Shown here one piece after another: positions 9,511 through 20,000 of a stretch of DNA of 25,237 nt. This DNA comes from a virus. Its lineage: Duplodnaviria > Caudoviricetes. The notes under the pieces are model-generated. The model was not told the DNA's origin. It saw nothing but the letters and a program-made list of their open reading frames with translations, and searched no databases. How positions within the stretch are numbered: the stretch's first letter is position 1; the number at the start of each line of letters is the position of its first letter. Position numbers and translations under genes: made by a program. The DNA lies in the IMG/VR virus record IMGVR_UViG_3300017913_000835, positions 1 to 25,237 of that record, one strand, 5' to 3'.

Positions 9511-11039
9511 TGACAGCAAGAAACTATGATACTATACTTACCGTAGCTAATGCAACAGGCTTTGAATCAGGTAATGTTCTAGTAGGTAACACTTCTGGAA
9601 CCGTTGGTGTTATAGCAAATGTTGATACAACCACTAACTTAATCAAAGTAAAGATTAATAATGTTCTTCAAGAATTTAGTTCAAGCGAAGCTGTACATTC
9701 TAATATTATAACTACCACTGGTACGGCTAATGGTGAACTAAACTCAAATACTGCCCTTCCTTTTCAGGCTAACGTGTTTAGCGGTAATACAACAACTGCT
9801 ATCACTACCATTTCTTCTATCGCCCCAAGCGCTTTTATAGCGGAGAAAAATGCTTTTACACAAAATCCTGTAGTGAGGCTATACTCTGTGTATTATCCAG
9901 GAGAGTGGTATCCTCCAAACGCAGCTGGCAATCCGACAGGACAAGGTGAAGGTAGAGCGTATCCTAATGATTTTCCCTTACGTTTTGCAGAAATACGTGG
10001 AGATTTGATATCTGATCTTCAATATAATGTTATTCACGATGGTGACACATACGTTCCATACCCAATCAACTCTTCTGCAATAGAACAGTCTAGTGATGGT
10101 AAAATCAATGAGATTACAGTTACTATGTTTAACTTTGATAACTTAATCTCAAGGATAGTAGAGGATCCTTTCTTAGTCGGTAACAATATTTCAAACTCTG
10201 TTCAAGCTACCGTAAATGGTGAACTAGTTCATGGCATTGACCCTAGAACAGTGCCTGGCACTACTAGTAATCCTGACGGTCTTAACTATGATGTTAATGT
10301 TGTCGGTAGGTATGGTAGATCAAACGCATCTTTCACTCGCGAAGAAACTATTTCAGTAGGCGGCGAATGGCAAGAACAGAAAATGGACACAAGAGACTTG
10401 TTAGGCGGTGTAGTTGAGATTAAAACCACTTTTGCTAATTTCTTAGACTTTTGGCCTGAATATAGCACTCTCACTTACTCTGGTGGTAACGTTATATCTG
10501 TTTATAACGCGCTTCCGTACAGAGTAGGTGATAATGTTGTTTCTAAGACAGGCACTCGTGAAGCAACTATTGAATCAATAGAGGAAAATAGACTGCTTTT
10601 CTTGTCTAATCCATTAGATTCAAATACAGCTATAGGCACTCCTATTTACATTGTTAATGACCAAAAAGACACGGAATCTTATGTAGAAGATAAGTTTAAG
10701 ATAGACCAACTTGAGTCTATGAATGACGCTACTGCTAGTTTTGGTCTTGTGTCTTGGTTACAATACTTTAAGATTGTAACACCTAAAAGAAAATATTACA
10801 AAAATACTTGTCAGTGGGTTTACAAAGGAGCTGAGTGTCAGTACCCTGGTCCAGGCGGTTTAGCCATACCAGGAACTAACTTAGTCTCTAATAATAATCC
10901 TATTGCTGCAAATAACGAGATTGCTGCTACAAATACTGGTGACGTTTGTGCTAAATCTCTACAAGCTTGTACCCTCCGAAATAATCAACAACATTTTGGA
11001 GGCTTCCCTGCAACGGGAAGAAGCATACCTCGTGAGTAA
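9510..11039 (+). CDS. Minor tail/tip protein L-like (Fe-S cluster binding)
   Basis: The C-terminal CQWVYKGAECQY...DVCAKSLQAC..R....FGGFP is the four-Cys signature of lambda gpL (nt ~10809-10970). It follows the gpM-like gene and is about twice the size of lambda gpL. Confidence 0.88.
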   Translation: MTARNYDTILTVANATGFESGNVLVGNTSGTVGVIANVDTTTNLIKVKINNVLQEFSSSEAVHSNIITTTGTANGELNSNTALPFQANVFSGNTTTAITTISSIAPSAFIAEKNAFTQNPVVRLYSVYYPGEWYPPNAAGNPTGQGEGRAYPNDFPLRFAEIRGDLISDLQYNVIHDGDTYVPYPINSSAIEQSSDGKINEITVTMFNFDNLISRIVEDPFLVGNNISNSVQATVNGELVHGIDPRTVPGTTSNPDGLNYDVNVVGRYGRSNASFTREETISVGGEWQEQKMDTRDLLGGVVEIKTTFANFLDFWPEYSTLTYSGGNVISVYNALPYRVGDNVVSKTGTREATIESIEENRLLFLSNPLDSNTAIGTPIYIVNDQKDTESYVEDKFKIDQLESMNDATASFGLVSWLQYFKIVTPKRKYYKNTCQWVYKGAECQYPGPGGLAIPGTNLVSNNNPIAANNEIAATNTGDVCAKSLQACTLRNNQQHFGGFPATGRSIPRE

Positions 11040-12207
11040 ATGTATTTTACCTTGGATACACCAATACGGAGAACTAGACGGTAAATACGGTCTTTGTTGT
11101 TTTACTATAAACAGCGGAATGCAGTATTTGTTTGGTCAAGGATTATCTCCTGCAGAAGCTTTTAACTCCCAAAATATGAAAGATACCAGGCTTGCCATGC
11201 TTCGTGGTGAGAAGGTAGATGCGTGTTCTGTTTGTTATGACTGGGAAAAGAACGGAGTCGAAAGTCATAGAAACCGTATGAATGATATGTATTCTAACTT
11301 ATCTTTTTTATATGATAAAACTAACCCAGACGGTTCTGTTAAAAATCCACCAATTTACTTAGATTTTAGATTTGGAAACCTATGTAATTTTACATGTCGT
11401 ATGTGCGGTGTGTATGCGTCGTCTAGTTGGGCTAGAGAAGCTAAACATCACGGAGAAGTTGGGTCTAGAGAATCTACTCATATAGATGCATGGACGGATA
11501 ATGATGACTTTTGGAGAGATTTAAGTACTTTTAAACAACATGTTAAGAGAGTACATTTCGCTGGTGGAGAACCTTTTGTGCAAGAAGGACATTATAAGTT
11601 TTTACAGTATATGATAGACCATGGACACACCGATTTATATTTAACCTACAATACTAATCTATCCTACAATGGATCATTCAAAGGATACGACATAAAAGAG
11701 ATGTGGAAACATTTTACAAAAGTAGAAGTATGGGCAAGCATTGAAGGATATAAAGAAAAGGCTGAATACGGAAGAAAAGGTTTAGAATGGGATTTATTCG
11801 TAAAAAATGCTGAGTTATTTTCTGACTATATTCAAAGTTATTCTATGGTAAGTAATATATATTCAATCACTAGTAATCTTGAACTTATTAAATGGGTAAA
11901 AAGTATGAATAAAGACTTTTTCATAACAAACTTAGTAAGTCCTGAAGAAATGTCTACTACTGTTTTCAGTAAAGAAGTGAAAGATATGATAATGAAAAAA
12001 TATAAACAAGGTCTTTTTGATCTGCAAGAGTCATTAACTGAGAGTGAACTTTCTAACATATTATCCACTCTTAAACATATGAACTCAAGAGATGATACAC
12101 ACAAGCAAAAAAGATTTAAACAAAAAACTATTAGATCTGATTTGTATAGAAATGAATCTTTTGAAGCGGTGTATCCAGAGTTGGCACAATGGTACATAAA
12201 TATCTAG
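11032..12207 (+). CDS. Radical SAM enzyme with N-terminal Cys-rich (twitch/SPASM-like) auxiliary cluster domain
   Basis: CxxxCxxC motif (YLDFRFGNLCNFTCRMC, nt 11383-11406), GGEP motif (FAGGEPF) and YNTN. N-terminal CILPWIH...DG...LCC...CSVCY. The likely start is GTG at 11032, overlapping the gpL stop, rather than 10903. Confidence 0.92.
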   Translation: MSKCILPWIHQYGELDGKYGLCCFTINSGMQYLFGQGLSPAEAFNSQNMKDTRLAMLRGEKVDACSVCYDWEKNGVESHRNRMNDMYSNLSFLYDKTNPDGSVKNPPIYLDFRFGNLCNFTCRMCGVYASSSWAREAKHHGEVGSRESTHIDAWTDNDDFWRDLSTFKQHVKRVHFAGGEPFVQEGHYKFLQYMIDHGHTDLYLTYNTNLSYNGSFKGYDIKEMWKHFTKVEVWASIEGYKEKAEYGRKGLEWDLFVKNAELFSDYIQSYSMVSNIYSITSNLELIKWVKSMNKDFFITNLVSPEEMSTTVFSKEVKDMIMKKYKQGLFDLQESLTESELSNILSTLKHMNSRDDTHKQKRFKQKTIRSDLYRNESFEAVYPELAQWYINI

Positions 12208-12578
12208 GCTTACCTCACGAATACGGAGTTGTAGATTGTATTGAGCTGATCAGAACTTTTTACTTACAGGAACTTAATCTTGATTTTCCTTTACCTAGCT
12301 ACCCTAAATCAAAAGAATGGATGAAACATTTTTCGGCAAAAAATGTAGACGGCTGGGCATCGACATGTGCTGTAAAAGTTAAATTGACAGAGGCTAAAAA
12401 CTATGATGTAATAGCGTATAAGTCATTGAAGTCAGATTGCATCATACACTTTGCTATGTTTTTACAACCTGTGCAAATGCTTCACGTAGAAGAAGGGGGA
12501 GTCTCACGTGTAGACCTTTTATCCGATTATTGGATAGATCGTTTACATTCTGTATATCGCCATGAAAAAATGGTATGA
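12189..12578 (+). CDS. NlpC/P60 family protein (gpK C-terminal-domain-like), copy 1
   Basis: YLGLP...DCIELIR (catalytic Cys), DVI, IHFAMFL (catalytic His), MLH (third residue), and C-terminal W..R..SVYRH. Confidence 0.85.
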   Translation: MVHKYLGLPHEYGVVDCIELIRTFYLQELNLDFPLPSYPKSKEWMKHFSAKNVDGWASTCAVKVKLTEAKNYDVIAYKSLKSDCIIHFAMFLQPVQMLHVEEGGVSRVDLLSDYWIDRLHSVYRHEKMV

Positions 12579-12999
12579 ATCTTATATTAATTTTCCATAC
12601 AAACACTTAGGTAAAAACCCTGAAACAGGCATAGACTGTTTTAACTTATGCTGTTATGTTTATGAGAACGAACTAGGCATTAAACTTCCCTATTCTACTG
12701 CTGACTTTTGTAATATTATCGATGAAAACTGGTATTCAAAAACTAATATGCAACTTTTTCATAAAGGTTTTACTGATCCTAAAAACGGATGGACTAAAGT
12801 TTCTGAACCAAAAGAATACGATATAATATTAATGAGTATAGGCTCTACTAATGTTACTAATCACTGTGCTTTGTATCTTGGTGATGGCAAAATATTACAA
12901 ATCATGCTTTCAAGAACTAGTGGTGTGTATCCTTATCGAGGCTTTTTTAAACAATACACAACGGGAATATATAGATGGAACAGTTTTCTAAACTCTTAG
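12562..12999 (+). CDS. NlpC/P60 family protein (gpK C-terminal-domain-like), copy 2
   Basis: YINFPY...G.....GIDCFNLC (Cys), DIILM, NHCALYLGDGKILQ (His, Gln), and C-terminal GIYRW. Confidence 0.88.
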   Translation: MKKWYESYINFPYKHLGKNPETGIDCFNLCCYVYENELGIKLPYSTADFCNIIDENWYSKTNMQLFHKGFTDPKNGWTKVSEPKEYDIILMSIGSTNVTNHCALYLGDGKILQIMLSRTSGVYPYRGFFKQYTTGIYRWNSFLNS

Positions 13000-13349
13000 A
13001 CGAAATGAATGCTCATGCTTTGCAGGACTATCCCCGCGAAGCTGTTGGACTAATAACAAAAGATTTTAGATACATTCCCAGTAAAAACTTGAGCATGACA
13101 CCTAAAACTACATTTTTTCTTGATCCAGTTGATTTAGTTAGGTACGACGGAAGCATTTGGGGTATATTTCATTCACATCCAGGTGACGAGCAACCTATTC
13201 CTAGTTCAGAGGACAAAGTTAGTGCTGCATTTCAAGAGTATAAATTTATTGTTGGCTTCAACAATAAATTTTACATATACTGGTTAGACCATGAAGTTGA
13301 CGCTTTAAAATTTGACGAATTTAAGGAACTACATTGCAAGCTAGGTTAA
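12975..13349 (+). CDS. Stand-alone JAB/MPN+ (Mov34) metallopeptidase (gpK N-terminal-domain-like)
   Basis: HA...YPREAVGL plus an intact HSHP...PSSED zinc-binding motif, as in the N-terminal domain of lambda gpK. Confidence 0.9.
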   Translation: MEQFSKLLDEMNAHALQDYPREAVGLITKDFRYIPSKNLSMTPKTTFFLDPVDLVRYDGSIWGIFHSHPGDEQPIPSSEDKVSAAFQEYKFIVGFNNKFYIYWLDHEVDALKFDEFKELHCKLG

Positions 13350-14065
13350 AAATCCATTCAACATTAAATAGCTATTTTGAAAAAACTGAGTACAAGATTG
13401 ACTTGGCTACTTTTGCTGATGTCATTCCTTACTTATCAGCAATGCACCCAAAATTTAAACACTATATGACTCAAATAGAGTATGGTGAGTCTCAGGAAAG
13501 CTTTTGTATCTTAGACAAAGATTTAAATATTGTTGATGAGCAAATGCTATTTATAAAAAAAGTAAAAGATGGTGATACTATTTACATCGCTCCTGCTATT
13601 GTCGGTGGTAGCGGTAAAAGAGGACTTCTTATTGCCGCAGCTTTTGCCATTGTTGCTGGTCCCGCTATTGCAGCACAGTTTGCAACTGCAGGTTCTGGGA
13701 CTGCTGTAGCAGGTATTGGTGTAGGAGGTGCTGGAGAGGCTGCTTTAATTCAAAACTCAGTTGCAGCAAGTTCCAGCACTTCGATTTTTTCAGGTTTAGG
13801 CGGGTTTGCTATGAGAATAGCAGGTAATCTTGGCATGGCTCTTTTATCTTCTCTGTTCGTAAAAAAACCAAAACAACCGCAACAGAGAGACACAAATACT
13901 AGAGAGAATAGCATGTTTGGCTCTTTGCAAAATTCTGTCCAATCAGGAACTCCTATTCCGTTAATTTACGGCCATCACAGAGTAGCTGGACAAATGATAA
14001 GCGGTTATTTGGACTCCGAAGTTCACGGTAAAACAGACATTATCAAAGTATCGGAGAAGTTTTGA
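13334..14065 (+). CDS. Tail assembly protein I-like (N-terminal ubiquitin-like domain)
   Basis: TTG start after aagga. The ~92-aa N-terminal domain ends GDTIYIAPAIVGG, followed by a Gly/Ala-rich hydrophobic stretch and the C-terminal FGSLQN...G.PIPLIYG..RVAG.MIS motif of gpI. Confidence 0.88.
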   Translation: MQARLKIHSTLNSYFEKTEYKIDLATFADVIPYLSAMHPKFKHYMTQIEYGESQESFCILDKDLNIVDEQMLFIKKVKDGDTIYIAPAIVGGSGKRGLLIAAAFAIVAGPAIAAQFATAGSGTAVAGIGVGGAGEAALIQNSVAASSSTSIFSGLGGFAMRIAGNLGMALLSSLFVKKPKQPQQRDTNTRENSMFGSLQNSVQSGTPIPLIYGHHRVAGQMISGYLDSEVHGKTDIIKVSEKF

Positions 14066-17000
14066 GCAATCTACAAAAATCATACGTATTTCATAATGGT
14101 CAAATAGTACCCCGTATCACTGGAGGAAAAGGTGGTAAAGGCGGCGGTGGCGGCGGCGGTGGTATATCTGAAGATCCAAACTCATTATTTTCTACTGATA
14201 TTCTCTTTGTTACAGTAGGGTTAGGTGAAGGACCTGTTTATCGTATTAATCCTAATGGTCCTCAAGATATTGAGATTCAGGATGGGGCTATTGATGATCT
14301 TATTCTATTAGACGGAGACGGCTCAGAAGATACAGATAAATTTAAAACTCTTTCTTCTACTGGGACAACTGTTCAATCACCTTTGCCTGTCTTCGGTGAA
14401 GCTATTGTATCTCCTCAAAACTTTAAGTCTCCAGTAACCTTGAAAAAAGGTAACATTGACGGTATCCCTCAATCTAGAGTTTTATTACAAGATACTAGTC
14501 AAAATGATTGGGACGCTCTTAAATTTTTGTTTACACTAAACGGTCTTCAAAAAACAGAGAGCAATGGTAACATCAAGGGTCATAGTGTAACAGTTAAAAT
14601 CACTGTTTTTGACCGTATTGGTACTACAGAAATAGCGTCCACAGAAAAAACTATCGATGGTAAGACAAACACTTCCTTTAAGTTTTCCGTAAAAGTAGAA
14701 ATACCAGCTGCATCAAAAAGCACTGATGGTTATAAGTTTACTATTGAGAAAACTTCTAGTGATAGTGAATCTTCTTTGATAATAGAAAACATTCAATCAA
14801 TAGGCTGGTTTGAGATTGAGAACTCGCCTCAATCTTATCCTCGCACTGCTCATATCGGTTATGCTATCAAGGCTACTAGCGAACACCAAGGTGGAATACC
14901 TAACTTTACCTCAATGGTAAAAGGCTTAATAGTTAAAGTACCTTCAAACTACAACCAACCTACTCTTTCTAATGGAGAGATTGACTGGAGACATATAGAA
15001 GTCCCAGAGTCAAAAAGAACTACGAACGGTTATTATCTGCAACAAGCTGGTCTACCCCTTTTAACTGCTTCTGGAAACGGTGCTACAACCGATATTCAAG
15101 GTCAAGGAATAGATATTTCAATAAGTACGGGTACTTCCTATTATACTTCTTTTAGCACAACTATTACTCAAGCTAACTCAGGATTCTCAGGCAATCAAAC
15201 TAGTGGTAACTGGAATGTTATTAGAGAGAATGCTGGATCTGGTACTGGAACTTGGACAGCTTCTATCTTAGACGCCTCAGTTAACTTATCTGGTTCTATA
15301 CTTGGTAAAGATTTAACTATAACAAAAAACGGTGTTAAAGTAGTTGGCTTAACAGCATCTACTGTAGCAAAAGGTTATGGACCTATTGAGTGTGATCCTG
15401 GTGATGTTATTGTTTGGACATGTTCTGGAGGTATAGGTGGTGGAGGCACTATCAACAGATCTCAAAGTTGGGCTTGGAGCGGTAGCGGTTACACTATTGG
15501 TTACACAACCAATACAAATGGTGGTGCATCTGGTACTGCTAACTCTCAGACAATAACTTTAACTAATAATAATGCTTCTAACTTAGATATTGAATTACAA
15601 CCATCAGGCACTACAGGAATAACTACTGAAACCGTTGTTGAAGACGGTGATTCAGTAAATCTAAGATCAGCACTGTCTAGTACAGACGATGCATGGCAAG
15701 TTACTTTCGCAGTGTTGCCTGTGGGGGTAACTTCTGCAACTGTTAAAAAAGAAGCAGATCCTCAGATATACGTAGGTACTTGGGACGGTACTTTTGTTTA
15801 TTCTTGGACACAAAATCCTGCATGGATTATATATGATATTCTAACAAATCAAACTTATGGCTTAGGTGTGCCAGAAGATAATATAGATAAATATAAGTTT
15901 TACCAAGTAGCGCAATACTGTGATGCTTGTGATGCAATAACAGGTAAGTTTATAGGTGTTAAAGGTCAGGCTGACGGTAGTTTCAGACACAAACCAAAAG
16001 ATGAATTTACCAGTATTAGAGAAACGCTAGTCGGACTACCTAATGGAACTGTTGTAGACGAAAGAAGATTTGTTTGTAACACAGTTGTTTCTGATCAAGA
16101 ACAGTCTATGGATTTGCTTAACACCATAACAGGTGCTTTCAGAGGATCACTAGTTTACTCTTTAGGTAAGTTGTCTTTGGCGATTGATATGCCAGAAGAG
16201 TATCCCTCTATGATTTTTAATGAGACTAATATTGAGACAGGTACTTTTCAGATTAGCGGTAACAAAGAGAGTGATATTCTTACAGGTGTAGATGTTAGCT
16301 ATGTCGAACCTACAAACCACTTTAAAAGAGAAACTGTGCGCATTGATACAGTAGATGCTAATGACGGTACTGATAGAAATACAGTTGAAAACATTGCTAG
16401 CTTGGACTTGCCGACGGTAACAAGACGTAGTGAGGCTCTACGTTTTGCACAATATCAAATAGCTGCCTCTAGATATCAAAGAAGAACCATCAATTTTAAC
16501 ACAAGTACTGACGCACTTTCTTTATCTCCAGGAGACGTAGTATCTGTGTCTCAAAATATGTCTGGTCTTAATTTTGGTTTTGGCGGTAAGGTCGCATCAA
16601 ACTCTGTAACAACAGCTGATAAAGCAAACGTGTTATTGGAACATTTTACAGAACCAACTCTAGCGAACACCACTTTTACAGCTAATAGTGATCCTTTAGC
16701 TCTTAGAATCATATCTATGGATGACGATAGGATAGACTTATATATTCTTAGTAATACTGCGTTCACTTTAACAAAAACTGATAATGTAGGATCAGGCTTT
16801 GATCTAGCAAACGTCTCTGTTGTGGCTAGGTTCAATCCTATCACTAAAGGTCTTGATGATTACACTACCTTCACATCTAATAATGCTCCTAAAAAAGGTG
16901 ATCTATGGAGCATTGGCGAGTGGGTAAATCCTAATGATTTTTACACTTCTAAAGCAGGTAAACTATTTAAAGTTACAGACATTTCAAGAGACCCTGACCA

Positions 17001-20000
17001 AGAAAAAATTGTTGTTGGTGCAATAGAATATATTTCAAATATCTATGTTGATTCAGATACGTTTATTGACTATACGCCTACTGCTTATACAGACATAATC
17101 AGTCCTCTTTCAACCCCGCCTGTGCCTACACTAAACTTTAGAGCAGTGCCTCGTAGACAATATGATGGAAGTATTGTCACTGATGGAATAGTAGAAGTAA
17201 CTACTGAGAGAGAAGACTATACTCAGTCTATTAAGAATGAGTTCTTTATTGCACGTCCTGATGATGCAACAATTGTTGATAACGCTTATTTAGGATCTCC
17301 TCTTAATATCGTTGTTAATAATGCAGACGTTACGGCTAACGGCGAGGTGGCCCAACTGATTGGTAAAAACGGTTTTTCTGGGTTTATTGGTGAACTAAGA
17401 TTACTATGTACTGATGTGTCCGCTGTGGACTCCTCTTCTAATATTGAGTTTACTGTCAGAGGTTTAAACGATGCGTTTGATGAAAACTTTCACAAACATA
17501 TATTAGATGTTAATGATAGCAGTTTCTTAGGTTTAAAAGGTGATGACGCTCTTAGGTTCCCCGTTAATGAAAAAGCATCTCAAGCAGGTAGAAGAAACTT
17601 TGTTGCTTTTGGCGGAGTAGAGTCAGAGCTTAGTTCTAACATAGTAGATTTTGATGTCAGTAATAACACTATTAAGATTGAAAATATCACAACAGCTAAT
17701 CAGACTCTATTTGATAGAACCTTAAGTGCTCCATTCTTTGTAAAGATTGATCAACTACTAGACTCTCGTTACTATGACAATACTAGTTTTTATGTAACAG
17801 GCACGGAACAGACTTTTATAGAATCAGGTAACATTAATACCTCACTTGCTACACAGACTATAGAACTACCTGTAAAAGCTGAAGATAAAAACTTTATTAG
17901 GTTTAGCGTTGATGGGTTAGATAAATCAGCTGGTCAATATACCTATAATAAAAATGATGCATTAAGCGTTAACGCTAATATTCAATACTCTACGAGTCCT
18001 TCAGATACCTCTTTTAGAGTAGAAGTAGATCACTATACTGTTCCTACCATTGAAGTCGGAGATAACGTTATAACATCTTTCAATAATGTTTTCAGCGTTA
18101 TAAATACCTCATACGACACATCTTCTGATGAGTACAACGTAGCTGCTACCTCAAATACTATTTACAGAGTGTATTTAGATAGGGAACCAGTTAATAACTT
18201 AGCAGGATTTCAGTTTACTAACATATCTCAAAATCCATCGGGGTCATTGGGTAATGTTATAGATAGTAATGCTACTTTTAACTATGATACATCTGCTTTC
18301 CCAGGATCATTTAACTTAGCAAACCATAAACTATATACTCTTACAACAGGCTCAGATTTCGAAAGATTTTCTATGCCTGAAGATAGAGTAATAAGAGATC
18401 TCGATCTAGGTATTACTTCGCTACGAGTTAGAAATAGAAATACAATGGGTAGGTTCTCTCCCTTTATAGAAAAATCTGTTACTGTAGAAGAACTGCCTAT
18501 CCAAAAAGTTCAAGGTGTTGCAATAACTGAGTCTTTATATAGAGAACAAACAGGCGGTGTAGCTGTACGTGTAACAATATCTTTTGATCATATTGTAGGA
18601 CAAGAAGTAACAGATTATGAGATATCTTATAAACTTGATGCTGTAGAAGATGTAGGCACTAATGATGGCGGTGCTGATTTGACTAGTTTCAATACTGTTA
18701 AGATACCTGCTACCGGAGTTGATGATGACGGTAAGATTAGATTTACAGTAAACGGTATTAACAGAGGTGTAACTTCTGGTAGTAACTTTATTACTTTTAG
18801 AGTTACCCCGTTGAATAAAAATTTAAGAGGAATAACTTCTATTCAAAGTTCTGCTATTATTGGTAAAACAGCTCCTCCTCTTAACGTGTTTAATTTTGGT
18901 GGCGGTCAGTCTGCACTTAACATCACGCTATTTTGGGAATATGAGCGTACTAATGATGAGCTAACAGACCTTGATTTAAAAGAAGTTGTTATTAGAAGAA
19001 TACAAGGTACTCAAAGTGCTTCTGTACAAAACTTTATTAACGGTGTGCCTTTTGTTACAGTTGCTTCAGGTGTTAGTACCAAGACTTTACCTATTGACGC
19101 TTTTGGTACTTTTACTTACTTAGCTAGAACTAGAGATACTAGCGGTAACTTTAGTAATGATGTACAAGCTGTAACTATAACTACTACTAGACCGAAATCT
19201 TCTACTGTTGTTCAAGCTTATAACGAAGATGATCCTTCTACTGACTTTACAGATATTGTAAATACCAATACTGACGAAACTTTCTTCCCGTCGTTTGCTA
19301 ACTCAAATACTGGTGGTTTAGCTATACATGCTCTGCCTACCTCATTAGTAGATAATGCTAACGGAACTTCCACAGGATTCTCAGCGGTTGCAGGCGAATC
19401 AACAGACTTATTAGCTGACAGCAGTGCTACCTACTTTACTCAAGTTAGAGATTTTGGACAAGAAGTGGAAGGTTTCATCAATATTGATATTGAAGGAACT
19501 CAATCTATTCAATCAACATACTTTGACCAACAAGAAACTATTTATTCAAGTACTATTGATGCTTCTCCTTCTAATGTTCTAGTTGACGATAGTTTTGGAG
19601 GTATTGGTCATAATCTGGGATTTGGTAACACTATTGTTACTAACTTTAGGTTTGACTCTAATAACCAGACTTTAATGAGCGGAGGCGTATCTGGAAACGT
19701 GTACGCTATATCTTTACCTGGTAACTTTACAGATGACGAGTCCAATGCCAATGCTTTTGCTTTAGTGGCGGGTACAATAAACGCTAATGCTATTGAGCTT
19801 GGTGAGACTTTCTTTGCAAACGGGGTTAGCACAGGCGGTAATACCCTTGCTAACCTTCAAGTAGCTGGTACAAGTTATGAACTTGTAAGTTTGAATCAGT
19901 ATAATGATTTTGGGGGTACTGATACTTTTGTAGGATCTATCGGTGCTCTGACAACTCAGACATTTATTAGAATATCAACCGCTGATTCAGATACTATGTT

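Noticed and set aside
10903-11031. N-terminal extension of the first radical SAM ORF
   Set aside because: It overlaps the conserved Cys-containing end of gpL. The recognisable sequence begins at VSKCILPW, so GTG 11032 is the more plausible start.
11032-12207. Homing endonuclease, intron or intein as the explanation for the gene interrupting the L-K junction
   Set aside because: No HNH, GIY-YIG or LAGLIDADG motif is visible, the flanking genes are complete, and the product is clearly a radical SAM protein.
14122-14163. GGC/GGT run as a phase-variable simple sequence repeat
   Set aside because: It uses mixed synonymous Gly codons in frame, so it looks like a protein-level Gly linker, and triplet slippage would not shift the frame.
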